Shown in pieces: positions 50,088-64,000 of a stretch of DNA of 64,000 nt. The position numbers were made by a program, and so were the translations under genes. This stretch comes from Eledone cirrhosa (Eukaryota), in contig OZ024746.1 in NCBI GenBank assembly GCA_964016885.1, positions 82,832,001-82,896,000 on the forward strand, in the 5' to 3' direction. Under the pieces are notes generated by a model. It was not told where the DNA came from, ran no database searches, and saw only the letters and a list, made by a program, of their open reading frames with translations. Every line of letters starts with the position of its first letter. Within the stretch, counting starts at the first letter, position 1.

Positions 50088-50205
50088 ATATATATATATA
50101 TATATATATTTCGTTTCTGAATTTGTTTAGCACGATTCTTTATCTGAAAACGTGTGTTGAAAGCGATATTGTTATACTTTCGGAGGGTCATGTTGCCAAT
50201 AAGAA

Positions 50206-50275
<70 letters not shown>

Positions 50276-50832
50276 AAAAATATAACATCGATATGGGAGC
50301 AATCAGAGAGAGAGACGGTGGCAGCAAAATGGCAAAATGTGGTCTACAGCAGTAAAAGTGCAATAAGGTGACGGAAAACGGGATAAGACGAACATTAAAC
50401 ACAGACATCCGGTTTGCGAAGTTTTAATGGTTTTCAGTGGTAAGGGTAGTAACCAATTCCAAAATCCTTATTATCAACAAAAGAAATAGTTTCGGTGCTG
50501 CATGCAGATATAAAATTATATGTAAGATAAGAGGAAATAAAAAAAAACAAAAACGAAACAATAATCCTAGTAGTACATGATACGGAAAATAGTGGGTTAG
50601 TAAGATATGGGACTATATTACTATGAACACATGGGCTATGTGTGACGTCAGAGAAAGCATGAAAAAATATATATGGCTTATATGGAGTTAATCATTTAGT
50701 CATTATAATAGGTGTGTAATTGTATTAAATATAATATACATATTATATATGTATATATATATATATATATACATATATACATATATATATATGTGTGGTC
50801 TGATGGTAGCTAAGATGCTTGCATGCTCAACC

Positions 50833-50884
<52 letters not shown>

Positions 50885-51135
50885 TGTATATATAGTGTAT
50901 TTTGCAATACACTGTATGCTTAATTAAAAGCACTTCGAAGACCTTACGCTATTGTTTTAGAGTAGTGATAGTCTCACTTACTTTAAATTTTCAGCAAAAA
51001 TTTAAAGTAAGTGAGACTATCACTACTCTAAAACAATAGCGTAAGGTCTTCAAAATGCTTTTAATTAAGCATACAGTGTATTGCAAAATACACTATATAT
51101 ACATTCATATATATATCGCTATTTCAGAGCACCAA

Positions 51136-51194
<59 letters not shown>

Positions 51195-51280
51195 CAAAAT
51201 GATAAGCAAACAAACAAACGCAGGAGTCAATGGTACATAGTGTTATTAGCTTCACGCTTGGTGAAAATATTAGATATCTT

Positions 51281-51374
<94 letters not shown>

Positions 51375-51578
51375 TATATATAGTAATAATAATAAATGTT
51401 ATTAATCTGTTATTTTAATATATATATGTTTATGTATATATACATACATATACACATATATACATGAATCTGTGAATGTGTCTCTTTGTGTTTACTTTTA
51501 TTTTATTTGTATCTGGTATCTATCGGTTCGACAAATAGTACGAGATATTAAAAAAAATTAAGTACTGAGGTCAATATG

Positions 51579-51625
<47 letters not shown>

Positions 51626-51626
<1 letters not shown>

Positions 51627-52015
51627 GAGGGTAATCCCAAAAGTAAGGTCTCCAAAGCGATGGGGACGCAGAGAAACTGTTCGTACGGCTGTTGGCAACA
51701 CTGTTATGATTGGTGCTTCCTTCACTCCCAAACAAGCATACGCGCGCTTCGCTGGGATGCTCAATCTTGGCTTGGCAGCCGTTGAGAATGGAGCTCCCGT
51801 TGAACGCTACCGCCAAGTGCGAATTTCGCGCAGTTATTATATAGAGGGCAATCCCAAAAGTAAGGTCTTCCGAGGAAAACATGCGTAAAGATCGGCGGAT
51901 CACTCTGGATGCTCTCTGCATTTTGGTTTGTGGGGTTTCCCGAAGCACCATCCACAGGATTTTAACGGAAAATTTGCAATATCGGAAGGAGACCTTACGT
52001 TTGGGATTGCCCTCG
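51626..52015 (+). mobile_element. Mariner deletion derivative in a (TA)n tract
   Basis: TIRs CGAGGGTAATCCCAAAAGTAAGGTCTCC / GGAGACCTTACGTTTGGGATTGCCCTCG with TA flanks. Transposase remnants [17 protein letters not shown] and [36 protein letters not shown] (HTH). Extra internal left TIR at ~51844. Confidence 0.85.
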
Positions 52016-52035
52016 TATATATATACATATATATA

Positions 52036-52098
<63 letters not shown>

Positions 52099-52099
52099 G

Positions 52100-52131
<32 letters not shown>

Positions 52132-52251
52132 TATATATACACATATATATATGAATATATATATATATATATACATATATATAAATATATATATATATAT
52201 AAAGAATGAATAATAACAGGTAGACATCATAAAAAGGTAATTTATTCTGTG

Positions 52252-52363
52252 TGCTTACAAATGTTTCCACGGTGGTTATACAGCCTAGTTATGCTATGTG
52301 CAAATTTATAACTATTTGCAAAACTCAATTATCAAATGGTGTGACCACTGTATCATCAGAGCA
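52252..52363 (-). ncRNA. Type I hammerhead motif with 85-nt stem-loop II (tandem copy 1)
   Basis: Minus strand TGCT [CTGATGA] TACAGTGGT..ACCACCGTG [GAAA] CATTTG [TA] AGCA, then AATAAA. Confidence 0.7.
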
Positions 52364-52412
52364 GAATGGTTAAAATGTACAATGTAAATACCCTTAAGTG
52401 AGGTTTTTCATA

Positions 52413-52517
<105 letters not shown>

Positions 52518-52656
52518 ATATATATGTATACATATATATACATATATATACACATATATATATGAATATATATATATATATACATATATATAAATATATA
52601 TATATAAAGAATGAATAATAACAGGTAGACATCATAAAAAGGTAATTTATTCTGTG

Positions 52657-52768
52657 TGCTTACAAATGTTTCCACGGTGGTTATACAGCCTAGTTATGCT
52701 ATGTGCAAATTTATAACTATTTGCAAAACTCAATTATCAAATGGTGTGACCACTGTATCATCAGAGCA
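52657..52768 (-). ncRNA. Type I hammerhead motif with 85-nt stem-loop II (tandem copy 2)
   Basis: Same sequence as copy 1, offset by 405 bp. Confidence 0.7.
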
Positions 52769-52810
52769 GAATGGTTAAAATGTACAATGTAAATACCCTT
52801 AAGTGAGGTT

Positions 52811-52874
<64 letters not shown>

Positions 52875-52913
52875 GATATTAATAAATGGAAACTATATTT
52901 ATAAAACAATATC

Positions 52914-52978
52914 TATTTCATTATACATATTTCAGGGATACCAAATTAAATTATGGTATGCCTTCATCAGACAAAATA
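52914..52978 (-). ncRNA. Minimal type I hammerhead motif (43391 family)
   Basis: Minus strand TATTTTGT [CTGATGA] AGGCATACCA..TGGTATCCCT [GAAA] TATGTA [TA] ATGAAATA. Confidence 0.75.
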
Positions 52979-53054
52979 CAATATATAACAGTTTTACAAA
53001 TAAGCTTTGACGTACCCTATTAAAATGCAACCATTGTTTTTGGAAGTCATCCGG

Positions 53055-53186
<132 letters not shown>

Positions 53187-54398
53187 AATGTATATATAGG
53201 TGTGTGTGTGTTTGTGTGTGTGTTTGTGTGTGTGTGTGTGTACGTATTCATGTATATGTATATGCATGTATTGATATCACTCTGTATATACAAAGATATA
53301 GATAAGTAGACAGAGGGAAACGTTGGTTCATGTATATGCCAAATTATAATATACTGAATTTTACTGTATCCACTGTTCAAGTCCTTTATTTTAGCAATGA
53401 AATGATTAGTTGAATAAAGTACTACAATGCAAACTGACAGGTCGGATGTTCACATCTGCTGTAAGCATTTTACACTTGGAACTACAAGTTAAATTTGATC
53501 CATCGCCTATCTAACATTCTTTTACACCATTAAACTGAAACAGGAGCGAAACAACGATGTTTATGATAAGACGGAATTTATCTTTTAATTGTTTTACTGG
53601 ATTTATTTGGAACAAAATAGTTATGTCCATGACCTTTTATCAGGGCCTTCAAGAATGATGGGAGACAAGACCCTCATCAGCGAAGTTTATCATTCCCTAT
53701 ACCCAGAATCAATGTTCAATATTGTACACTTACTCTGATTGTAACATATTGATATTATGTGATATCTGCAGTTCAGGAAATTAACCTGAATGTTTGTAGT
53801 AAAGGTACAATTAGACCTTTCTATTTTTTTTTTTTTCTTATCATTTATTTCACTAGCCGTGTATGAATTTAGAAAGGTGCATAACACACTATTTACAAAG
53901 AAGAATAAAAGGTTCTTAATAATGGAATGAAGTGGTTTATTATCGAGAATGCGCTAATCAGGCTAGTGAAGCCATCGAGTAGGATTACAGAAAAAAACTA
54001 TTACCCTTTTCATTACAGCATGTAAAAGGAGCACTTTATGCAAAGTCATTTTTTTAATTTTATTTACAAATTTTAAAATATATTATTTTAACGTAACTAA
54101 AAATGGTAGGTTTTTACCTCAAACAGGTTTATTGATATGAAACCGGGTGATGGTCATAGTATACCGCTCAACAGCAAGTACAGTCCACTAGAACGACTTG
54201 TATATAGTGTCTAACTACCTGATTTGACTCACACTAAGATCAAATCAGAAATCATTTTATTGCGTAGCTCCCTTCTTTACCACATTACTACACCTGAACC
54301 CATAAAACACACATGCCACAATTACAGAAGGCATATTCATTTACATACATGTCATCACTTGTGATGTGTTGTATCCTCTTTTCTGGACCTTTTAATAA

Positions 54399-54583
54399 TT
54401 GTTTCTACTTTTGGCACAAGGCCAGCAATTCCCCAGTACATTACTGGTACTTTATTTTATCAACCCCATAAGGATGAAAGTCAAAGTTAACCTCGACGGG
54501 ATTTGAACTCAGACCGTAAAGGGACATAACTATGCTAGAAAGCATGACGTCCAACCCTCTGCCGATACTGCCACTTCTCCGCC
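54399..54583 (-). mobile_element. Full-length tRNA-SINE (dominant family; core resembles the Deu/Nin-type domain) with TSD
   Basis: A box TGGCAGTATCGG and B box GAGTTCAAATCC. TSD CTGGAC(C/A)TTTTAATAAT at 54383-54399 and 54584-54600. Further copies at ~12785, 35886, 40451, 55480-55685, 59868 and 60195. Confidence 0.85.
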
Positions 54584-55086
54584 CTGGACATTTTAATAAT
54601 AGACTTGCTACAAACACCAGAGACAACATTTTACATAAATTTGCTTCTCTTTTATAATTCTATCCACATCTGAGTTGTCCTTCTGGAACCCAGAACATGA
54701 AGTGTTGTTAGTAAATACTTACAACACTACATGTTGTGAGTTCCAGTCTAACCGAGTTATCTTTGTCCAACGCTCTACCGATTCTGCCACTCCGGCACCG
54801 TTATATATTCTAACCAGCTGACTTAACCTATGTACCTGTGGAGATGTGATGTCATAACATGCCACTGGTTTATCTCACTTCCATAATCAACAGTTATAGC
54901 AAATGTTATATGCACATATGAAACTCGCATATACTCAGCATACACACACATATATATATACACGTATACATACACACATACAGAGAGAGAGAGAGAGATA
55001 AATATGAATATATATATATATATATATATACATATGCATATATATATATTCATTTACTTTTTACTTGTTCCAGCCACCCTGACGAG

Positions 55087-55201
<115 letters not shown>

Positions 55202-56017
55202 CGTGTGTATAACTATTCTATAATTATATTATTAGTAGCATACATTGAATAACGACACCCCTGTATATAACGTATCAATTAATCGATATTTATACTCTTC
55301 TATCCAGCTTATATACAGATACCGACACAACGCGTGAGGTTGCAGTTACGTGTTCGTTTGACCTACTAGAAATAGTTGCCAAATCGTACACAAAACACGC
55401 ATGCATCCTACGCTGGGTAACGTGTTCCTGAATTTCCTGCATATCCAGAAAAAGATGGGATTGTCACAACTGGACACAACAAGGCCAGCAATTTTTTTGG
55501 GGGGTAGGAGAAAGTCGATTAAATCGACCCCAGTGCGTGACTGGTACTTTATTTTATCGACCCCGTAAGGATGAAAGGCAAAGTTAACCTCGGCGGGATT
55601 TGAACTCAGATCATAAAGAGCCGTAACTCTATGCTGTAAAGCATGGCGTCCGACCCCCTGCCGATACTGCCAATCCACCGCCCTTGGACTGTTTTTAATA
55701 ATGGCTATGCTTAATCACGGCTGCTTGGAGGCTAAACAATAATAATAATCTATAAATTCTTTTATTCCTTAATCTTTGTTCTTTTCCTCGTTTCAGTCAT
55801 TAGACAGAGGTTAGGCTGAGACAATGCAAAGTTAAGGAACTTAATCACCAACACAGACAGACTCAAATGTGTATGTGTTTGTGTTTATGTGTATGTGTTT
55901 ATGTGTATGTGTTTATGTGTATGTGTTTATGTGTATGTGCTTATGTGTATGTGTTTATGTGTATGTGTTTATGTGTATGTGTTTATGTGTATGTGTTTAT
56001 CTATACATTACTCCCTT

Positions 56018-56051
<34 letters not shown>

Positions 56052-56054
<3 letters not shown>

Positions 56055-56254
56055 GGAAAAAGTATGACCCCCGACGGCAGTGCTCAAGCCGTTTCGACGG
56101 CTATTTCTGGACTAAATAGTCCAGAAATAGCCGTCGAAAAGGCTTGAGCTCTGCCGTCGGGGTCATACTTTTTCCTATTTCCCACTATACTGCCCTAAGT
56201 ATTGAGTACTCTGGTGCGTTATGGTCCATCTGGTTCCTTACCACAATTCCTTTG

Positions 56255-56257
<3 letters not shown>
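56052..56257 (+). mobile_element. Family 'U' element with a ~63-bp fold-back 5' end
   Basis: 56052-56114 is inverted at 56117-56178, then the common tail runs to ..CCTTTGTTA(TA)n. Confidence 0.75.
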
Positions 56258-56295
<38 letters not shown>

Positions 56296-56351
56296 CTTGA
56301 ACCGTGAAGGTCTCATTCCTGGATATGCCAATACTTATAAAACAAACTTTG

Positions 56352-56412
56352 TATTTTATCTGATGAGAGCGTACCAAAGTTTTGGTACCCTTGAAATATA
56401 TATAATAGAATA
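56352..56412 (+). ncRNA. Minimal type I hammerhead motif (43391 family)
   Basis: TATTTTAT [CTGATGA] GAGCGTACCAA..TTGGTACCCTT [GAAA] TATATA [TA] ATAGAATA. Confidence 0.78.
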
Positions 56413-56585
56413 AATATGGTTTTATAAATATAGTTTCCATTTATTAATATCATTGATATTATACTTCAGAAAATCTGTCGAGTGCTTCGAATCTGTTATA
56501 AATATATATATTTGTTGAATTACCAACACATTAAATATCCCTTTGCTTATATATATATATATATATATAATTTAATATCCCTTTG

Positions 56586-56622
<37 letters not shown>

Positions 56623-56708
56623 ATACTTTGGGAGGGTCATGTTGCCAATAATATCGGTTTCAACACACGATTTCAGATAAAGAATCTTGCTAAACAAATT
56701 CAGAAACG

Positions 56709-56814
<106 letters not shown>

Positions 56815-56978
56815 GTTTATATTTATATATAATAGGAATTTAGATCGATATAATATTAAATACTTAGAAGCATTCACTATTATTTCGATCATATCGCTCA
56901 CGGGACTTGCTCAATTATAACATGTGTGAAATCTGGGATCATAACGAATTCATTGCGATACAGTAAATAAGCGACCAT

Positions 56979-57016
<38 letters not shown>

Positions 57017-57961
57017 GTGTGTGTATGTATGTGTGTGTTTGTGTATGGTCGCAACCTCCACACATGCACATCTATATATTTATATATGTATATATTTGTA
57101 TATTATATTAATATACAAACATATATGTACGTTATTCAAATGTAAATATGCATGCATGTATTTGTGTATGTGTGTGTGTATGTGTGTGTGTCTGTGTAAA
57201 TAATCTATATTTGGACTAGAAGCTTTGTCTCAACATAAACAATGCTAGATGCCCATATGGGTATAGTCTATATTTAGCACAGAGCCTATTATACACGTTA
57301 GTTTGAAACAGTGTGTGCTGGACAATTACAATAATGTACACCTTAGAATAGTTCTATACACATTTTCGTTTTATTAGTTTAGCCTGGGAAGGAGGTAGCA
57401 GAACTAATGACAGGTGAGAAAATGTTTGTGCAAACAGTGTGGACATTAGCTAAGTTGGGTGGTTTGTCAGATGTAATAGAATACCAGGCGGAAATATCTT
57501 GTGTATTTTACTTGCTTCTCTTTACATTCTGAGTTCAAATCCAACACAACTTTATTCTACCTTTCATCCTTCCGCGGTTTATAAAATATTTTAAAATCAT
57601 TAAAAGAAGTGCAGGCTTTCTGAAACGCAGAAATAACAGTTAAATTGGTTTTTCTCTTTTTAAAGACAAAAATAAAAACAAGACAAAAAAACAAAACTAA
57701 AGCAAAGAAAATCCTACCCTTATAAAAAGGCCGTATTTCCTTCCATCTTCACACATCCTCTGTTCTCGCCCCTTGGCCATGCATTAAATCAGACACAATC
57801 CTTCATTTTCCAAAATCTTACCGATTTTAGTAAAACTAGCACTGAAGGAATATATATATATATATAGCTCTGATTTATCTGAATTTTTGAGCCCTCTGCC
57901 ACTCATGTCGAATTTTGTTTATCGTGAACTCGTGCGCCGATTTTTCGATACTCGATTATTC

Positions 57962-58067
<106 letters not shown>

Positions 58068-58520
58068 GCAACATAGAAGCAGAAAAACACTGATATATAT
58101 ATATGCAATGGCATCATCAAAAAGCAGTGAACTCACCACCGTATTAATATGTATAAAAAACGTTATCAATAAAAAGGTGAAATTACTAGTGTTCACACAT
58201 GTAATTTAAAAAAACCATCTAGAATGTCAAATGAAATACCTAGAGATGTTTTTGTCTCTTTACATTCCGAGTTTAAATGCCAAGTCCACTTTGCCTTTCA
58301 TTCTTCTGGGTTCAATAAAATAAACACCAGTCAATAAAATAAGTGTGACTCCATCTCCCCATCAATGAAGGTGCATCAACATTGTCACTTGACATGTTAG
58401 AAATAGCAGACAAATCTTCCTCAAATCTCATCCTACCATCAATGGAATTTTACGGGATGAACTTGCATTTCAAAATTTCGGAGGCTGTAAAAAAATAAAG
58501 TACCAGTCAAAATCGACTAA

Positions 58521-58614
<94 letters not shown>

Positions 58615-58914
58615 TATTTAATACATTAACAGAGAAAGCTTTAAGCAATACACCGACCGGCTTCCGTCTCACTCAACAAACAATAGGATATACCTTAGTA
58701 TAATCCCAATTATACGTTTGGGTGCTAACTATACGTATTTTGCGGATAGCCAGTTGTATTATTTTATATGAGACATAATTAAATACATCTCTCTTTCCAA
58801 ACGATCGTTTCATTATAAGTTTTCTACAAATTGGGAAAATAATGTCCAGGTTATGTAGAAGCCTACACATAGTCCATAGGAATATATGTAGGTGGGCACT
58901 TATAAATCATCAGT

Positions 58915-58948
<34 letters not shown>

Positions 58949-59009
58949 AAAAAATGAAATTTCATTTCTCACTCATAGTACGGCTGATACTTAAATATAA
59001 GTATGTACA

Positions 59010-59161
<152 letters not shown>

Positions 59162-59193
59162 AGAAGTGGTTACACAACAGTTAGTTCACCATA

Positions 59194-59233
59194 CCGAGAA
59201 CAATTGTTTCACCTTCGCGGATCTTCAGCTCGG
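59194..59233 (-). ncRNA. Minimal type I hammerhead motif within an inverted duplication
   Basis: Minus strand CCGAG [CTGAAGA] TCC-GCGAA-GGT [GAAA] CAATTG [TT] CTCGG. Arms 59164-59203 and 59268-59308 are inverted. Confidence 0.72.
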
Positions 59234-59305
59234 GATGTATATGGTTATTGGAACAGCTGTTCTTGGTATTGTTCTCGGGATGGTGAACTAACTGTTGTGT
59301 AACCA

Positions 59306-59396
<91 letters not shown>

Positions 59397-61204
59397 GGAA
59401 ATTTAGTAAAATCGAATCTCTGGCGGTTTGCAAGTAAATTCGGCCTACTTATATGAAATGATGAGTTAGCAAAGCACTCGATAAGTTAGGGCCTTAGAGT
59501 AATAACATACGTTTAAATAGCTTGACAAATCGAACATTGTGGTCGGCAAATCTAACACACAATACTATACCAAAGTAACGATAGAACTAACAGGTTGAGA
59601 AAAAAAAAATATATATATATATAACAAAGAAAGTCTGGTAAGAAACCAGGTGGACCATAACGTACCAGAGTACTCGATAACTTAGGGTAGTAGAGTGGGT
59701 AATAGGAAAAGAGTCAGGACCCCGACGGCTGAACTCCGGCCGTTTCGACAGCTAGATTTGAACTAAACGAACTAAACCAGTAGTTTAGTTCGAATCTAGT
59801 TATATATATATAAAAGAATGAAATGTGTGACCGTGTGTCTGTATTAGAAACAATTATTTTGGGTGAAGAGGGCGGTGAACTGACAGTATTTGTACAACGT
59901 CGGACAGCATGCCTTACGTTCTGAGTTCAAATCTCGCCGAGGTTAGATTTGCCTTTCATCCTTACTGGGTCGTTAACATAAAGCACCAGTAATGCACTTG
60001 TGCTTTATTTTATTGACTTGCCCCTCCCCTTAAATTGTTGGTCTTGTGCCTATATCAGAAACCGACTTAAGGCCAGCAATTATCCTAAAGTACCAGTAAT
60101 GCACTGAGATAATCGCTGGCCTTACTTGACCCCCCCCCCTCCTCCAAAGTGTTGGCTTTGAGCCTAAATCAGAAACCATTATGTAGTGTGAAGAGAGGGC
60201 GGAGGATTGACAGTATTGATAGAACATCGGATAAAATGCCGTGCGGTAGTTACAACATTCTACTTCTGAGTTCAAATCCCTCCGCGGTCAACTTTATCTT
60301 TCATCCTTCAGAGGTCGACAAAACAGAGTACCAGTTAAATACTAGGATTGATATAATCGATTTTCCCTTCCAAGAAATTGTTACGTTATGTCTCCCATAC
60401 TCTTCTTTCCAAATATGTATATCTAGTACAGGGAGAAGGCATGGGGAGGGGCATTTGATTGTTACTTTCTTTTTTATTTTTTTTATTCAACCCGAAGAAT
60501 AAAAAGCAAACCAGCCTCGGCTCGATTGAAACCCTGAGAGTAAATGTATGCAACTGATTAAGAGAAAGAATATTCTTTGCCATTCTACTGACTTTACCAA
60601 ACCCCACCATTTTGTGTATGTGTCTGTGCATTTGTGTGAGTGTGTATATTAAATAACTGCACATAAGTAAAAACAAATACATAAATATAGAATAAGGAGG
60701 TGAATAAATAATTAATAATGAATAATTAATATTGTGTATGTACTTCATAATTGGCAACTATGATTTTATTAAAACACAATAATAGCAATTTGTATGAACT
60801 GATATAGGTCTGCAATATAACTTTTGCTATATACATTCGTTCATATATAAACAGTATTAGGCATAATTATCAACACATGCATGTTTATAAAAACCACACT
60901 TCCACAACTTTGAAAACAATAGGCTAAAACGAACCATCGAGGGAGCCTCTGTGTTCTCATTCTATCTGCTAGAAATAGCAGCCAAACTTTATTCAAAGTA
61001 CACTCTTCTGTCTTAAAAGTATATATTCGTGGTAATCAATGCTTAAATAATGAGTCAAAACTTTGATTGATACACCTCACTATGGCACGCCTTGCAAGAC
61101 ATCTTTTTTATTACATGAGGTTGTAATGGTCTGTCTATCTCATTACATCTCTTGTACCTCCCTCACATGTTTCGTTTCTCTCTTTCACCATCTCTCTTTC
61201 TTTC

Positions 61205-61261
<57 letters not shown>

Positions 61262-61344
61262 ATATATATATATATAGTTATAATAAATGTGAAATCCAAA
61301 GAAGGATAAATATATATCAAATATATAAGCTTTTTTCCGTTCAT

Positions 61345-61516
61345 TGCCAGAGAACGTCTTCACGAACCAAAGTATCGTCTTCTGTTTTCCTTCGGTTGCG
61401 ACGTTTTTCGAAATATTTACTTCTGCGTTCACAGATTGATTTTTTTAGTTTCAGAAGATCCCGTTAAGGGTGAAAGCAGCGATTCTTTGCTTAAACTTTA
61501 ATCTGTTATTTTAATA
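61345..61516 (+). mobile_element. Short (TA)n-associated repeat family
   Basis: Matches 47046-47210 (reverse) and 41856-41912. Confidence 0.7.
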
Positions 61517-61848
61517 TATGTATATATATATACACAGAGAGGGAGAGAGAGAGAGAGAGAATATGAAATATTTAACAAAAGGATGGCTAGATAGTTCGTT
61601 GACTACTCACTTCCTCAGCCGCTATTGAACTAAATACCATTACTAGTTTAGCCATACTGAGTTTATTGACAATACAATGGGCTGCTATATAAAGTCGAAA
61701 AGAAATTGATAAATAAATGGAACAAATAAATGAAGAGTAGCTGTTTAAGAAAAGCAGTGAAAATGTAAAGTGCTGTAGTGGGAGCATATTAATATCTTGA
61801 AAGGCTTAAACACATACATACATACATACATATAAACATACATGCATT

Positions 61849-62262
61849 CATGGTGGCTGCCAACTCGTTTTCGAGTACGGCCACTACTATATATCCATGT
61901 AGGAGAACCCCCACTGATGCGCTGAACGAGTGTGACTTTTTAGTTCAGCCAGTGACTTGAAAACTCTGGTACAAACACTACACTTGTGACAATTACTGAC
62001 ACATAGTGCTGGGTCCATGGTACCATGTGACGACAAGTGCAGAGAGATCTCCAGATATAAAGCAATGCCTGTGCCGTGAAGCTTTTATAGTGAGCAAAAG
62101 CAGTGCACAAAGCCAGTCCCACTCTCTTAACCAAGATGATATTTACCAAAAAGAAGAACAAGTCAACATCATTGGATACCATCAGGGTTGCAGGTGTTAT
62201 ATCAGAGTTTTCCTTCTCCTAGAATTCTGCCTTGACAAAGGCTAAGGGGTCATCTCTCCCGG
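61849..62262 (-). mobile_element. Second copy of the RTE-related element
   Basis: Near-identical to 31388-31800. Confidence 0.7.
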
Positions 62263-62506
62263 ATGCATTCATACATATATACATACAAACATTCAAACAT
62301 ACATACATACAAACATACATACATACATAATACATACATACATATATATACACATATTTCAACATTTATAGAAAAGTAAAGGCATTGTTAAGAAGAACAC
62401 ATCGCTTTCATGGAGACTCTAGTTTCACCACACTGCGTGGAGCCTTAAGTAGGAAACGTGCACCGTTGTATAAGACGCAGACACAATATATATATGTGAG
62501 TGTGTG

Positions 62507-62539
<33 letters not shown>

Positions 62540-62653
62540 GTATGTATGCATGCATGTATGTATGTATGTATGTATGTATGTATGTATGTATGTATGTATG
62601 TATTGTGTGTGTGTATATGTGTATGTATGTGTGTATGTATGTATATATATATA

Positions 62654-62714
<61 letters not shown>

Positions 62715-62876
62715 TTATTTTTTTTTAATTTTTCTTTTCTTTTTTATTTATTTATTAATTTTTTTTTTCTCCTCGTGCAATGGCCATACTCGATAACGAG
62801 GGGGCAGCCATCATCATGTATGTATGTATGTATGTGTATGTATGTATATATATATATATGTATATATATGTATGTG

Positions 62877-62974
<98 letters not shown>

Positions 62975-63192
62975 CACACATATGTATGCATGTATATATA
63001 TGTATGTGTGTATATGTATGTATGCATATATATGTATGTGTGTATGTATATGTATGTATGCATATATAGGTATGTGTGTATATGTATGTATGCATATATA
63101 TGTACGTATGTATATGTATGCATATACATGTATATATATGTATGTATGTATATATACATGTATGTATATAGATATGTATATATGTGCGTGTA

Positions 63193-63270
<78 letters not shown>

Positions 63271-63384
63271 AATATGTGTGTGTGTTATAGCTTAAAGTAA
63301 AATATAAATGTAATTAATATAAGTATACTAAATAACCAATAAGGTTTCAGTAGACAGCATACTAAATTCTATATTTTATATTAT

Positions 63385-63418
<34 letters not shown>

Positions 63419-63716
63419 CATATATACATATGTATGTGTGTGTGTATGTGTGTGTGTATGTGTGTGTGTATATGTGTGTGTGTGTGTATGTGTAGTGTGT
63501 GTGTTATTTATATAGTATAAACGACCCTATAATGAAAATCACAATAAAAAAAGCCCCAAAGCAAGGAAAACGTGTTTGACATTAACTTCTGAGTTCCGAC
63601 ATAACGTCTTCTCTATTATAATTCCTGAAATATTTCACTTTTAATTCTCATAAATATTTGGCGTCCCATGTTGGTTATATCCAACTTTGTATGTATGGTT
63701 GTATGAATTAGTCTGG

Positions 63717-63796
<80 letters not shown>

Positions 63797-63832
63797 GCTC
63801 TCTCTCTCTCTCTCACTCTCTCTTTCTCTCTG

Positions 63833-63941
<109 letters not shown>

Positions 63942-64000
63942 TATATATTTATATATATATGTGTGTGTGTGGTGTGTGCGTATATCTACATATATATATG

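Noticed and set aside
54399-54583. tRNA genes suggested by A/B boxes
   Set aside because: The boxes are SINE heads, with no complete cloverleaf, and carry SINE tails and TSDs.
61452-61490. CAGAAGA-TCCC..GGGT-GAAA hammerhead-like motif (also 47075-47110)
   Set aside because: U4 is replaced by A in both copies and there is no convincing stem I or III.

Overview
Very AT-rich animal genomic DNA saturated with microsatellites. The tRNA-derived SINE families, RTE tails and extreme (TA)n/(CA)n load look like an octopus/cephalopod genome (inference). Only one host coding exon is recognisable: exon 1 of an Mnx/Hb9-like homeobox gene (27077-27744, +), with an eh1 motif at the start and the Mnx-type GMFMPRLVDY motif before the donor site. 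A 7-bp tandem duplication puts that motif out of frame. No homeobox exon is visible, so the remaining ~36 kb is probably intron 1. The rest is SINEs, LINE fragments (probable Tx1/L1 ORF1, CRE-like endonuclease, RTE, CR1), DNA-transposon remnants (mariner, pogo-like, hAT) and minisatellites. The main signal, missed by the ORF track, is about 16 minimal type I hammerhead ribozyme motifs from about 8 unrelated sequence families. They sit in short (TA)n-embedded elements that often fold back on themselves, which fits Penelope-like element or retrozyme remnants. They include a U3-A8 core variant, a tandem pair with an 85-nt stem II, and an antisense bias inside the putative Mnx intron. All folds were paired by eye and no activity is shown.
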